From the NCBI RefSeq assembly GCF_003334255.1, contig NZ_QOWU01000012.1: a DNA stretch of 64,000 bases, one strand, 5' to 3'. Below the pieces are notes generated by a model that searched no databases, was not told the origin of the DNA, and saw nothing but the letters and a program-made list of their open reading frames with translations. A program made the position numbers and the translations under genes. How positions within the stretch are numbered: position 1 is the first letter of the stretch; each line of letters opens with the position of its first letter. This document shows, in pieces, positions 11,998 to 22,723 of this stretch. This DNA comes from Escherichia coli (GTDB taxonomy: Bacteria; Pseudomonadota; Gammaproteobacteria; Enterobacterales; Enterobacteriaceae).

Positions 11998-13416
11998 TTA
12001 CGCGTTTTTCAACATCCACTCAATTTCTGTTTCTGTGATGAGGCGCTCAAACTGCAACAGCTCATCATTTTTACAGGCGTGATAGACATGGCAGAAGCGT
12101 TCGCCTAAATAGCGGCGCAGGTGATCATTCTCGATAAACTCACCCAGGGCATCGCTCTGGCGAATCGGAAAGGGTAAGCCTTCCTGTTCCAGCCCGTTGC
12201 CTTCGACTTCTTCCTGCAACGGCAGCTCGTTATCAAGGCCATGCAAAATACCGGCAAAAATCGCTGCCATCACCAGATATGGGTTGGCATCGGCACCCGC
12301 CACGCGATATTCCACGCGGTGATTATGACGGTCGCCGCACGGAATACGCAGGGCGACGGTGCGGTTGTTATGGCCCCACGACGCCTGCGTCGGCACATAC
12401 ATTCCCGGCTGGAAGCGGCGATACGAGTTCACGTTTGGTGCCAGCAACGCCATCGACGACGGCATCAGGTCAATCATCCCGGCGAGCATCTTTTTCAGCA
12501 GCGGCGAATCTTCGCCTTCCGCGTCAGAAAGCACGTTCTCGCCACGATTATTTTGCATACTGATATGGATATGCATTCCGCTGCCCGCGTGCTCTTCATA
12601 CGGCTTCGCCATAAAAGTGGCGTGCATCTTATGCTTTTCTGCCATCAGACGCACCAGGCGTTTTAGTGCCAGCGCATCATCGCAGGCTTCCAGCACGTTA
12701 TCAGTATGGTAAAGGTTGATTTCAAACTGACCCGGCGAGGCCTCAGCGACCGCGCCATCTGCCGGAATCAGCTGTAACTGCGCCAGTTCATCAATATCAT
12801 TGAGCACGTCGGCGAAGTGGTTGAGGTTATCAACGGAGTAAACCTGGCTTTGTGTATTGCGGTCATCGGTGCCAGGCGCGCAGGGCGGTTGCAGATACCC
12901 TTCAGCGTCGCGCTGGCGATCCAGTAAATAGAACTCCAGCTCTACCGCTACGACCGGGAACAATCCGCGCTGGCGCAGCTGCTGCCACAGGCGGTTAAGA
13001 ACGTTCCGCGGCTCAACGTCAAAGGGAGCGCCATCTTCATCGACCATGGTCAGGAGCATCTGACCGATAAACTCTGGATCGGCGGCAGAAGGAGTTAAGG
13101 AACCGAGAACAGGAACACAGGTACGATCCGGCTCGCCCATTTCCTGACCCAGACCTGCTTCTTCTACTACGTTGCCCAGAATATCCATTGCAAATACCGA
13201 GGCCGGGAAATAACACCCTTTCTCGAGCTTCTTCAGGCTTGAAACAGGAATACGCTTTCCACGGAAGCAACCATTTAAATCGGTAAGTAAAACATCAACA
13301 TATTGCGTATTCGGGTAGCGCTCCAGGTAGCGTTTCACTTCCTGCGTAAAGGCGCTACCCCGCCTCTCTTCTGACTGCTGAACAAAGTTCTCTACTTCAA
13401 CGATATTGGTTTCCAT
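11998..13416 (-). CDS. puuA: Gamma-glutamylputrescine synthetase PuuA (glutamine synthetase family), 472 aa
   Basis: ORF track 11998..13494; start at METNIVEVENF (cat read at 13414-13416); GS-like sequence. Confidence 0.9.
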   Translation of the reverse strand: METNIVEVENFVQQSEERRGSAFTQEVKRYLERYPNTQYVDVLLTDLNGCFRGKRIPVSSLKKLEKGCYFPASVFAMDILGNVVEEAGLGQEMGEPDRTCVPVLGSLTPSAADPEFIGQMLLTMVDEDGAPFDVEPRNVLNRLWQQLRQRGLFPVVAVELEFYLLDRQRDAEGYLQPPCAPGTDDRNTQSQVYSVDNLNHFADVLNDIDELAQLQLIPADGAVAEASPGQFEINLYHTDNVLEACDDALALKRLVRLMAEKHKMHATFMAKPYEEHAGSGMHIHISMQNNRGENVLSDAEGEDSPLLKKMLAGMIDLMPSSMALLAPNVNSYRRFQPGMYVPTQASWGHNNRTVALRIPCGDRHNHRVEYRVAGADANPYLVMAAIFAGILHGLDNELPLQEEVEGNGLEQEGLPFPIRQSDALGEFIENDHLRRYLGERFCHVYHACKNDELLQFERLITETEIEWMLKNA

Positions 13417-13627
13417 GATTCTTCGCCTTTGGTTTGTTTTCCGCTCGTTATCAAAGCGTAAAATATAATGACCACCATTCGAATCTGTATGCAAACTAAA
13501 TGTTTGTCAAATATTAAATTGAGTTTGCAAAAATGAAAACCCACTGCTAGATTGAAAAAATATTGAACATAAAGGTCATTTAAAGCGCAGTAATGGCGAT
13601 AATTTAGTCCACTTTGTGAGATTGAGC

Positions 13628-14392
13628 ATGGAAAATATAATGAACAATCCGGTTATCGGTGTCGTAATGTGCAGGAACAGGCTTAAGGGTCATGCGACCC
13701 AGACTCTGCAAGAAAAGTACCTGAATGCCATCATCCATGCAGGCGGCTTGCCTATTGCGCTACCACATGCGCTGGCGGAACCGTCATTACTTGAACAACT
13801 TTTGCCGAAACTCGATGGCATTTATCTTCCTGGTAGTCCCAGCAATGTGCAGCCGCACCTATATGGTGAAAACGGCGATGAGCCTGACGCCGATCCCGGG
13901 CGTGATCTTCTGAGCATGGCGATAATTAATGCCGCACTCGAAAGGCGCATCCCCATTTTCGCCATCTGCCGGGGTTTACAAGAACTGGTGGTGGCAACCG
14001 GTGGTTCGTTGCATCGCAAGCTGTGCGAACAGCCTGAATTGCTGGAACATCGGGAAGATCCCGAACTGCCGGTGGAACAGCAATATGCACCGTCGCATGA
14101 AGTTCAGGTTGAAGAGGGGGGATTACTGTCTGCGTTGTTACCTGAATGTAGCAACTTTTGGGTAAACTCTCTACATGGACAAGGGGCGAAGGTCGTTAGC
14201 CCACGGTTGCGTGTTGAAGCTCGCTCGCCGGATGGCTTAGTTGAGGCGGTTAGCGTCATCAATCATCCTTTTGCGCTGGGCGTACAGTGGCACCCGGAAT
14301 GGAACAGTAGCGAGTACGCGCTTTCGCGTATATTGTTCGAGGGCTTTATCACCGCTTGTCAGCACCATATCGCTGAAAAACAGCGACTCTGA
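13628..14392 (+). CDS. puuD: Gamma-glutamyl-gamma-aminobutyrate hydrolase PuuD (class I glutamine amidotransferase-like)
   Basis: ORF track 13616..14392; start at MENIMNNPVIGVV; divergent from puuA. Confidence 0.9.
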   Translation: MENIMNNPVIGVVMCRNRLKGHATQTLQEKYLNAIIHAGGLPIALPHALAEPSLLEQLLPKLDGIYLPGSPSNVQPHLYGENGDEPDADPGRDLLSMAIINAALERRIPIFAICRGLQELVVATGGSLHRKLCEQPELLEHREDPELPVEQQYAPSHEVQVEEGGLLSALLPECSNFWVNSLHGQGAKVVSPRLRVEARSPDGLVEAVSVINHPFALGVQWHPEWNSSEYALSRILFEGFITACQHHIAEKQRL

Positions 14393-14418
14393 CCACTACA
14401 GTTTAAGGAAATGCAAAT

Positions 14419-14976
14419 ATGAGTGATGAGGGACTGGCGCCAGGAAAACGCTTGTCGGAAATCCGCCAGCAGCAGGGGCTTTCACAACGTCGTGCCGCCG
14501 AACTCTCCGGGCTGACTCACAGTGCTATCAGTACGATAGAACAAGATAAAGTCAGCCCTGCCATCAGTACGCTGCAAAAGCTGCTGAAGGTGTATGGTCT
14601 GTCACTCTCGGAATTCTTTTCCGAGCCGGAAAAACCTGATGAGCCGCAGGTCGTCATTAATCAGGACGACTTAATTGAGATGGGTAGTCAGGGTGTGTCA
14701 ATGAAGCTGGTTCATAACGGTAACCCGAATCGCACGCTGGCGATGATCTTTGAAACGTACCAGCCGGGCACAACCACTGGGGAAAGAATTAAGCATCAGG
14801 GTGAGGAAATAGGCACTGTACTGGAAGGTGAAATTGTTCTGACGATTAATGGTCAGGATTACCACCTCGTCGCGGGGCAAAGTTATGCCATTAATACCGG
14901 CATCCCGCACAGTTTCAGTAATACGTCGGCAGGTATTTGCCGAATTATCAGCGCCCATACGCCCACCACGTTTTAA
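14419..14976 (+). CDS. puuR: HTH/cupin transcriptional repressor PuuR
   Basis: ORF track 185 aa; N-terminal XRE-type HTH (LSQRRAAELSGLTHSAISTIEQ). Confidence 0.9.
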   Translation: MSDEGLAPGKRLSEIRQQQGLSQRRAAELSGLTHSAISTIEQDKVSPAISTLQKLLKVYGLSLSEFFSEPEKPDEPQVVINQDDLIEMGSQGVSMKLVHNGNPNRTLAMIFETYQPGTTTGERIKHQGEEIGTVLEGEIVLTINGQDYHLVAGQSYAINTGIPHSFSNTSAGICRIISAHTPTTF

Positions 14977-15250
14977 TCTTTTTGTTCTGTAAGCCGGGTA
15001 AGCGCAATGCGCCCGGCAATCTATACACAAAATCATTCAAGTTGCATCAAGGCGGCAAGTGAGCGAATCCCGATGAGCTTACTCAGGTAAGTGATTCGGG
15101 GGAGCGAACGCAGCCAAGGCAGAGGCGGCTTGAAGGATGAAGTGTATATAAAGAATGTCGCCAGAAATAAACGGGCATACGGCCCGGGGATCTCTGCGCC
15201 CTGACGTTCACAAACTGCATATATCTGATAGACGTGAAACAGGAGTCATA

Positions 15251-16738
15251 ATGAATTTTCATCATCTGGCTTACTGGCAGGATAAAGCGTTAAGTCTCGC
15301 CATTGAAAACCGCTTATTTATTAACGGTGAATATACTGCTGCGGCGGAAAATGAAACCTTTGAAACCGTTGATCCGGTCACCCAGGCACCGCTGGCGAAA
15401 ATTGCCCGCGGCAAGAGCGTCGATATCGACCGTGCGATGAGCGCAGCACGCGGCGTATTTGAACGCGGCGACTGGTCACTCTCTTCTCCGGCTAAACGTA
15501 AAGCGGTACTGAATAAACTCGCCGATTTAATGGAAGCCCACGCCGAAGAGCTGGCACTGCTGGAAACTCTCGACACCGGCAAACCGATTCGTCACAGTCT
15601 GCGTGATGATATTCCCGGCGCGGCGCGCGCCATTCGCTGGTACGCCGAAGCGATCGACAAAGTGTATGGCGAAGTGGCGACCACCAGTAGCCATGAGCTG
15701 GCGATGATCGTGCGTGAACCGGTCGGCGTGATTGCCGCCATCGTGCCGTGGAACTTCCCGCTGTTGCTGACTTGCTGGAAACTCGGCCCGGCGCTGGCGG
15801 CGGGAAACAGCGTGATTCTAAAACCGTCTGAAAAATCACCGCTCAGTGCGATTCGTCTCGCGGGGCTGGCGAAAGAAGCAGGCTTGCCGGATGGTGTGTT
15901 GAACGTGGTGACGGGTTTTGGTCATGAAGCCGGGCAGGCGCTGTCGCGTCATAACGATATCGACGCCATTGCCTTTACCGGTTCAACCCGTACCGGGAAA
16001 CAGCTGCTGAAAGATGCGGGCGACAGCAACATGAAACGCGTCTGGCTGGAAGCGGGCGGCAAAAGCGCCAACATCGTTTTCGCTGACTGCCCGGATTTGC
16101 AACAGGCGGCAAGCGCCACCGCAGCAGGCATTTTCTACAACCAGGGACAGGTGTGCATCGCCGGAACGCGCCTGTTGCTGGAAGAGAGCATCGCCGATGA
16201 ATTCTTAGCCCTGTTAAAACAGCAGGCGCAAAACTGGCAGCCGGGCCATCCACTTGATCCCGCAACCACCATGGGCACCTTAATCGACTGCGCCCACGCC
16301 GACTCGGTCCATAGCTTTATTCGGGAAGGCGAAAGCAAAGGGCAACTGTTGTTGGATGGCCGTAACGCCGGGCTGGCTGCCGCCATCGGCCCGACCATCT
16401 TTGTGGATGTGGACCCGAATGCGTCCTTAAGTCGCGAAGAGATTTTCGGTCCGGTGCTGGTGGTCACGCGTTTCACATCAGAAGAACAGGCGCTACAGCT
16501 TGCCAACGACAGCCAGTACGGCCTTGGCGCGGCGGTATGGACGCGCGACCTCTCCCGCGCGCACCGCATGAGCCGACGCCTGAAAGCCGGTTCCGTCTTC
16601 GTCAATAACTACAACGACGGCGATATGACCGTGCCGTTTGGCGGCTATAAGCAGAGCGGCAACGGTCGCGACAAATCCCTGCATGCCCTTGAAAAATTCA
16701 CTGAACTGAAAACCATCTGGATAAGCCTGGAGGCCTGA
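15251..16738 (+). CDS. puuC: Gamma-glutamyl-gamma-aminobutyraldehyde dehydrogenase PuuC (aldehyde dehydrogenase), 495 aa
   Basis: ORF track 15155..16738; ATG read at 15251 preceded by aggagt RBS; N-terminus MNFHHLAYWQDK. Confidence 0.9.
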   Translation: MNFHHLAYWQDKALSLAIENRLFINGEYTAAAENETFETVDPVTQAPLAKIARGKSVDIDRAMSAARGVFERGDWSLSSPAKRKAVLNKLADLMEAHAEELALLETLDTGKPIRHSLRDDIPGAARAIRWYAEAIDKVYGEVATTSSHELAMIVREPVGVIAAIVPWNFPLLLTCWKLGPALAAGNSVILKPSEKSPLSAIRLAGLAKEAGLPDGVLNVVTGFGHEAGQALSRHNDIDAIAFTGSTRTGKQLLKDAGDSNMKRVWLEAGGKSANIVFADCPDLQQAASATAAGIFYNQGQVCIAGTRLLLEESIADEFLALLKQQAQNWQPGHPLDPATTMGTLIDCAHADSVHSFIREGESKGQLLLDGRNAGLAAAIGPTIFVDVDPNASLSREEIFGPVLVVTRFTSEEQALQLANDSQYGLGAAVWTRDLSRAHRMSRRLKAGSVFVNNYNDGDMTVPFGGYKQSGNGRDKSLHALEKFTELKTIWISLEA

Positions 16739-16739
16739 A

Positions 16740-18020
16740 ATGACCGAACATACCAGCAGTTACTACGCCGCCAGTGCGAATAAATATGCACCATTCGACA
16801 CGCTGAATGAGTCAATCACCTGCGACGTTTGCGTGGTTGGCGGCGGCTATACCGGGCTCTCCTCCGCGCTGCATCTGGCGGAAGCGGGCTTTGACGTAGT
16901 GGTTCTCGAAGCCTCACGCATCGGCTTTGGCGCAAGCGGGCGCAATGGCGGACAGCTTGTGAACTCCTACAGCCGCGACATCGACGTGATCGAAAAAAGC
17001 TACGGCATGGACACCGCCCGTATGCTCGGCAGCATGATGTTCGAAGGTGGTGAGATCATCCGCGAACGTATCAAACGTTATCAGATTGACTGCGACTACC
17101 GCCCCGGCGGCCTGTTTGTGGCGATGAATGATAAACAGCTCGCCACACTTGAAGAGCAGAAAGAGAACTGGGAACGCTACGGCAATAAACAGCTGGAATT
17201 GCTGGACGCCAACGCCATTCGCCGTGAAGTAGCCAGCGATCGCTATACCGGTGCGCTGCTGGATCACAGCGGTGGGCATATTCATCCGCTAAACCTTGCC
17301 ATTGGCGAAGCGGACGCCATCCGCCTCAACGGCGGGCGCGTGTATGAACTTTCTGCCGTGACGCAGATCCAGCACACCACGCCAGCCGTTGTGCGAACTG
17401 CCAAAGGTCAGGTGACGGCGAAGTATGTGATTGTCGCCGGGAATGCGTATCTGGGCGATAAAGTAGAGCCGGAACTGGCGAAACGCAGCATGCCGTGCGG
17501 CACGCAGGTGATCACCACCGAACGGCTGTCGGAAGATTTAGCCCGTTCGCTGATCCCGAAAAACTACTGTGTGGAAGACTGTAACTATCTGCTTGATTAC
17601 TACCGTCTTACCGCCGACAACCGCCTGCTGTACGGCGGCGGCGTGGTCTACGGCGCGCGCGACCCGGATGACGTTGAGCGCCTTGTGGTGCCGAAACTGC
17701 TGAAAACCTTCCCGCAGCTGAAGGGCGTGAAAATTGATTACCGCTGGACGGGCAACTTCCTGCTGACCCTGTCGCGTATGCCGCAGTTTGGTCGCCTCGA
17801 TACCAACATCTATTACATGCAGGGCTACAGCGGCCACGGCGTGACCTGTACTCATCTAGCCGGACGTTTGATTGCCGAACTGCTGCGCGGCGACGCCGAA
17901 CGTTTCGATGCCTTCGCCAATCTGCCGCATTACCCGTTCCCCGGCGGGCGCACGCTGCGTGTGCCGTTTACCGCGATGGGCGCGGCGTATTACAGCCTGC
18001 GCGATCGTCTGGGCGTTTAA
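16740..18020 (+). CDS. puuB: Gamma-glutamylputrescine oxidase PuuB (FAD-dependent)
   Basis: ORF track 426 aa; FAD-binding GxGxxG (VVGGGYTGLSSA). Confidence 0.9.
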   Translation: MTEHTSSYYAASANKYAPFDTLNESITCDVCVVGGGYTGLSSALHLAEAGFDVVVLEASRIGFGASGRNGGQLVNSYSRDIDVIEKSYGMDTARMLGSMMFEGGEIIRERIKRYQIDCDYRPGGLFVAMNDKQLATLEEQKENWERYGNKQLELLDANAIRREVASDRYTGALLDHSGGHIHPLNLAIGEADAIRLNGGRVYELSAVTQIQHTTPAVVRTAKGQVTAKYVIVAGNAYLGDKVEPELAKRSMPCGTQVITTERLSEDLARSLIPKNYCVEDCNYLLDYYRLTADNRLLYGGGVVYGARDPDDVERLVVPKLLKTFPQLKGVKIDYRWTGNFLLTLSRMPQFGRLDTNIYYMQGYSGHGVTCTHLAGRLIAELLRGDAERFDAFANLPHYPFPGGRTLRVPFTAMGAAYYSLRDRLGV

Positions 18021-18057
18021 TTTCCGATTAACCGTGAAGAGTTAAAAGGTGTGAAAC

Positions 18058-19323
18058 ATGAGCAACAATGAATTCCATCAGCGTCGTCTTTCTGCCACTC
18101 CGCGCGGGGTTGGCGTGATGTGTAACTTCTTCGCCCAGTCGGCTGAAAACGCCACGCTGAAGGATGTTGAGGGCAACGAGTACATCGATTTCGCCGCAGG
18201 CATTGCGGTGCTGAATACCGGACATCGCCACCCTGATCTGGTCGCGGCGGTGGAGCAGCAACTGCAACAGTTTACCCACACCGCGTATCAGATTGTGCCG
18301 TATGAAAGCTACGTCACCCTGGCGGAGAAAATCAACGCCCTTGCCCCGGTGAGCGGGCAGGCCAAAACCGCGTTCTTCACCACCGGTGCGGAAGCGGTGG
18401 AAAACGCGGTGAAAATTGCTCGCGCCCATACCGGACGCCCTGGCGTGATTGCGTTTAGCGGCGGCTTTCACGGTCGTACGTATATGACCATGGCGCTGAC
18501 CGGAAAAGTTGCGCCGTACAAAATCGGCTTCGGCCCGTTCCCTGGTTCGGTGTATCACGTACCTTATCCGTCAGATTTACACGGCATTTCAACACAGGAC
18601 TCCCTCGACGCCATCGAACGCTTGTTTAAATCAGACATCGAAGCGAAGCAGGTGGCGGCGATTATTTTCGAACCGGTGCAGGGCGAGGGCGGTTTCAACG
18701 TTGCGCCAAAAGAGCTGGTTGCCGCTATTCGCCGCCTGTGCGACGAGCACGGTATTGTGATGATTGCTGATGAAGTGCAAAGCGGCTTTGCGCGTACCGG
18801 TAAGCTGTTTGCCATGGATCATTACGCCGATAAGCCGGATTTAATGACGATGGCGAAAAGCCTCGCGGGCGGGATGCCGCTTTCGGGCGTGGTCGGTAAC
18901 GCGAATATTATGGACGCACCCGCGCCGGGCGGGCTTGGCGGCACCTACGCCGGTAACCCGCTGGCGGTGGCTGCCGCGCACGCGGTGCTCAACATTATCG
19001 ACAAAGAATCACTCTGCGAACGCGCGAATCAACTGGGACAGCGTCTGACAAACACGCTGATTGATGCCAAAGAAAGCGTTCCGGCCATCGCGGCGGTACG
19101 CGGTCTGGGGTCTATGATTGCGGCAGAGTTTAACGATCCGCAAACGGGCGAGCCGTCAGCGGCGATTGCACAGAAAATCCAGCAACGCGCGCTGGCGCAG
19201 GGGCTGCTCCTGCTGACCTGTGGCGCATACGGCAACGTGATTCGCTTCCTGTATCCGCTGACCATCCCGGATGCGCAATTCGATGCGGCAATGAAAATTT
19301 TGCAGGATGCGCTGAGCGATTAA
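18058..19323 (+). CDS. puuE: 4-aminobutyrate aminotransferase PuuE (class III PLP aminotransferase)
   Basis: ORF track 421 aa; class III aminotransferase-like sequence. Confidence 0.9.
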   Translation: MSNNEFHQRRLSATPRGVGVMCNFFAQSAENATLKDVEGNEYIDFAAGIAVLNTGHRHPDLVAAVEQQLQQFTHTAYQIVPYESYVTLAEKINALAPVSGQAKTAFFTTGAEAVENAVKIARAHTGRPGVIAFSGGFHGRTYMTMALTGKVAPYKIGFGPFPGSVYHVPYPSDLHGISTQDSLDAIERLFKSDIEAKQVAAIIFEPVQGEGGFNVAPKELVAAIRRLCDEHGIVMIADEVQSGFARTGKLFAMDHYADKPDLMTMAKSLAGGMPLSGVVGNANIMDAPAPGGLGGTYAGNPLAVAAAHAVLNIIDKESLCERANQLGQRLTNTLIDAKESVPAIAAVRGLGSMIAAEFNDPQTGEPSAAIAQKIQQRALAQGLLLLTCGAYGNVIRFLYPLTIPDAQFDAAMKILQDALSD

Positions 19324-19338
19324 TAGCCCAACGCAATA

Positions 19339-19424
19339 ATGTCTGATGCGCTGCGCTTATCAGGCCTGCAAACGACGTATTGATTATGTATGCCGAATAA
19401 AGCATTCACGCCGCATCCGGCAAG
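19339..19424. repeat. BIME: two REP units in inverted orientation
   Basis: tgtctgatgcgctgcgcttatcaggcctgc and tgccgaataaagcattcacgccgcatccggca between convergent puuE and pspF. Confidence 0.7.
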
Positions 19425-19442
19425 TTGTATTGCTCAACTTCG

Positions 19443-20420
19443 CTAAATCTGGTGCTTTTTCAACAACGCGCGGAACTGATGATAAGTTAACCCCAGTAAT
19501 TCAGCCGCGCGCTTCTGGTTATATTTCCCTTGTTGCAAACTGAGTTGCAGCAACTCTTTTTCCTGCTGCATCTGAAACTCACGTAAATCCAGCGGCAGTG
19601 TTGGAAGCGAGGTGGTTTCTGAAACGGCGATAGCGTCTTCAGGCGGACGCCGTTTAAAGGGATCAATAATGATGTCATCAAGCGGATAATCGCTGGTGCC
19701 GTGGCGATACACTGAACGTTCCACCACGTTTTTCAATTCACGAATATTTCCCGGCCAACGATAATTCAGCAATGTTTCTCTGGCGCGCTCCGTAAACCCC
19801 GGGAACAGAGGCAGCTTGATTTCCCGACACATCTGGATGGCAAAGTGTTCTGCCATCAACATTATGTCGCTTTCGCGCTCGCGCAGTGGTGGCAGTTGTA
19901 CAACATCAAAAGCCAGTCGGTCGAGCAGGTCAGCGCGAAAAGTGCCTTCATTGACCATCGCCGGGAGATCGGCATTCGTCGCGCATACCAACCGCACATT
20001 CACCTGCAATGGCTGGCTGCCGCCAACGCGCTCCAGTTCACCGTACTCAATCACGCGCAATAATTTCTCCTGCACCATCATCGGTGCCGTAGCGAGTTCA
20101 TCAAGAAATAGCGTACCGCCGTCGGCACGTTCAAATCTCCCTGGATGACGTTTTTGCGCACCGGTAAACGCCCCCGCTTCGTGACCAAACAGTTCGGAAT
20201 CCAGCAGATTTTCATTTAACGCCGCGCAGTTAAGGGAAATAAACGGCCCTTGCCAACGGGAGGAGAGATAATGCAGGCGGCTGGCAATCAGCTCTTTACC
20301 GGTGCCGCGTTCGCCGATGATGAGCACCGGTTTGTCCAGCGGTGCGAGATGCGAAACCTGTTCCAGCACTTCGAGAAAGCTGTTCGCCTCACCAAGTAAA
20401 TTATCTTTGTATTCTGCCAT
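19443..20420 (-). CDS. pspF: Sigma54-dependent transcriptional activator PspF (AAA+ enhancer-binding protein), 325 aa
   Basis: ORF track 19443..20435; start at MAEYKDNLLGEANSF; Walker A GERGTGKE; C-terminal HTH. Confidence 0.9.
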   Translation of the reverse strand: MAEYKDNLLGEANSFLEVLEQVSHLAPLDKPVLIIGERGTGKELIASRLHYLSSRWQGPFISLNCAALNENLLDSELFGHEAGAFTGAQKRHPGRFERADGGTLFLDELATAPMMVQEKLLRVIEYGELERVGGSQPLQVNVRLVCATNADLPAMVNEGTFRADLLDRLAFDVVQLPPLRERESDIMLMAEHFAIQMCREIKLPLFPGFTERARETLLNYRWPGNIRELKNVVERSVYRHGTSDYPLDDIIIDPFKRRPPEDAIAVSETTSLPTLPLDLREFQMQQEKELLQLSLQQGKYNQKRAAELLGLTYHQFRALLKKHQI

Positions 20421-20514
20421 GATGAAATTCGCCACTTGTTAGTGTAATTCGCTAATTCATCCTGGCATGTTGCTGATGATTCTTCAATCAGATCTTTATA
20501 AATCAAAAAGATAA

Positions 20515-21255
<741 letters not shown>

Positions 21256-21308
21256 TAACATCCAGGCGGCGTCCGAACGCGCCGCCGCTCATCGTCTAAG
21301 GAGTACTT

Positions 21309-21533
21309 ATGAGCGCGCTATTTCTGGCTATTCCGTTAACCATTTTTGTGCTGTTTGTTTTACCGATCTGGTTATGGCTGCATTACAGCAATCGTTCTGG
21401 TCGCAGTGAATTGTCGCAAAGTGAGCAGCAGCGATTAGCGCAACTGGCTGATGAAGCAAAACGGATGCGCGAACGTATTCAGGCGCTGGAATCTATTCTT
21501 GATGCAGAACATCCGAACTGGAGGGATCGCTAA
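21309..21533 (+). CDS. pspB: Phage shock protein B
   Basis: ORF track 74 aa; single TM helix; synteny. Confidence 0.9.
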   Translation: MSALFLAIPLTIFVLFVLPIWLWLHYSNRSGRSELSQSEQQRLAQLADEAKRMRERIQALESILDAEHPNWRDR

Positions 21534-21892
21534 TGGCGGGCATTAATCTCAATAAAAAATTATGGCGTATTCCACAGCAGGGCATGGTCCGCGGCGTCTG
21601 CGCCGGGATTGCCAACTATTTTGATGTACCGGTAAAACTGGTGCGTATCCTGGTGGTGCTGTCGATTTTCTTCGGTCTGGCGCTGTTTACCCTGGTTGCT
21701 TACATCATTTTGTCATTTGCGCTTGATCCAATGCCGGACAACATGGCCTTTGGTGAGCAGCTACCTTCCAGCAGCGAATTGCTGGATGAAGTCGACCGTG
21801 AACTGGCGGCAAGTGAAACGCGTTTACGCGAGATGGAACGTTATGTCACTTCCGATACTTTCACGTTACGTAGCCGTTTCCGTCAACTGTGA
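21533..21892 (+). CDS. pspC: Phage shock protein C
   Basis: ORF track 119 aa; 1-nt overlap with pspB. Confidence 0.9.
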
Positions 21893-21900
21893 GGAAAGTT

Positions 21901-22122
21901 ATGAATACTCGCTGGCAACAGGCCGGGCAAAAGGTAAAGCCTGGTTTCAAATTAGCAGGCAAGCTGGTACTTCTTACCGCACTGCGCTATGGCCCGGCGG
22001 GTGTGGCGGGCTGGGCGATAAAATCAGTTGCTCGCCGACCGCTGAAAATGTTGCTGGCTGTGGCGCTGGAACCGCTGTTAAGTCGGGCTGCTAATAAACT
22101 GGCACAGCGTTATAAAAGGTGA
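21901..22122 (+). CDS. pspD: Phage shock protein D, 73 aa
   Basis: ORF track 21889..22122; start taken at ATG 21901 (MNTRWQQAG). Confidence 0.85.
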
Positions 22123-22196
22123 GGGGAGTTTCGCAAAAATTGTTAAATCTCAGGCGTATAATGGATGGCAATTTTCATCCATAGAAGGACGCTTAC

Positions 22197-22511
22197 ATGT
22201 TTAAAAAAGGCTTACTTGCTCTGGCACTGGTGTTTTCACTGCCCGTTTTCGCCGCTGAACACTGGATCGATGTTCGTGTTCCAGAGCAGTATCAGCAAGA
22301 GCACGTTCAGGGGGCCATCAATATTCCCCTGAAGGAAGTGAAAGAGCGCATTGCCACCGCCGTTCCGGATAAAAACGACACCGTGAAAGTGTATTGCAAT
22401 GCCGGACGCCAGTCAGGGCAAGCAAAAGAGATCCTTAGCGAGATGGGATATACCCACGTTGAGAACGCCGGTGGCCTGAAAGACATCGCAATGCCGAAGG
22501 TCAAAGGTTAA
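22197..22511 (+). CDS. pspE: Thiosulfate sulfurtransferase PspE (periplasmic rhodanese)
   Basis: ORF track 104 aa; signal peptide; rhodanese active-site Cys in VYCNAGRQS. Confidence 0.9.
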   Translation: MFKKGLLALALVFSLPVFAAEHWIDVRVPEQYQQEHVQGAINIPLKEVKERIATAVPDKNDTVKVYCNAGRQSGQAKEILSEMGYTHVENAGGLKDIAMPKVKG

Positions 22512-22523
22512 AAGAATTCACCA

Positions 22524-22553
22524 TGAGCGGCGCTTATGCGCCGTTTTTTTTTC
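22524..22553 (+). terminator. Rho-independent terminator of the psp operon
   Basis: gagcggcgcttatgcgccg hairpin followed by a 9-T run immediately after the pspE stop. Confidence 0.8.
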
Positions 22554-22723
22554 TGTCACACCTTATTTACATCCCCATAGATTATTTGCGTCAGCTCACA
22601 AATACGCTTTTTCCCTGGTAAAAAATGATTTCCTGCGTGACTAAAACCCTTGTGCTCAATTGACAGTTTATTTTCTGCGGAGTAGTCTCTCGTTTCATGG
22701 GACCGCTACCACGGAAAGGCAAC

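Noticed and set aside
14989-15021. Possible terminator hairpin after puuR (gccgggtaagcgcaatgcgcccggc)
   Set aside because: Stem is short and bulged with no following T-run; more likely a REP-like fragment, so not listed as a terminator.
16135-16605. 156-codon minus-strand ORF and neighbouring antisense ORFs inside puuC
   Set aside because: Antisense to a well-supported aldehyde dehydrogenase frame.
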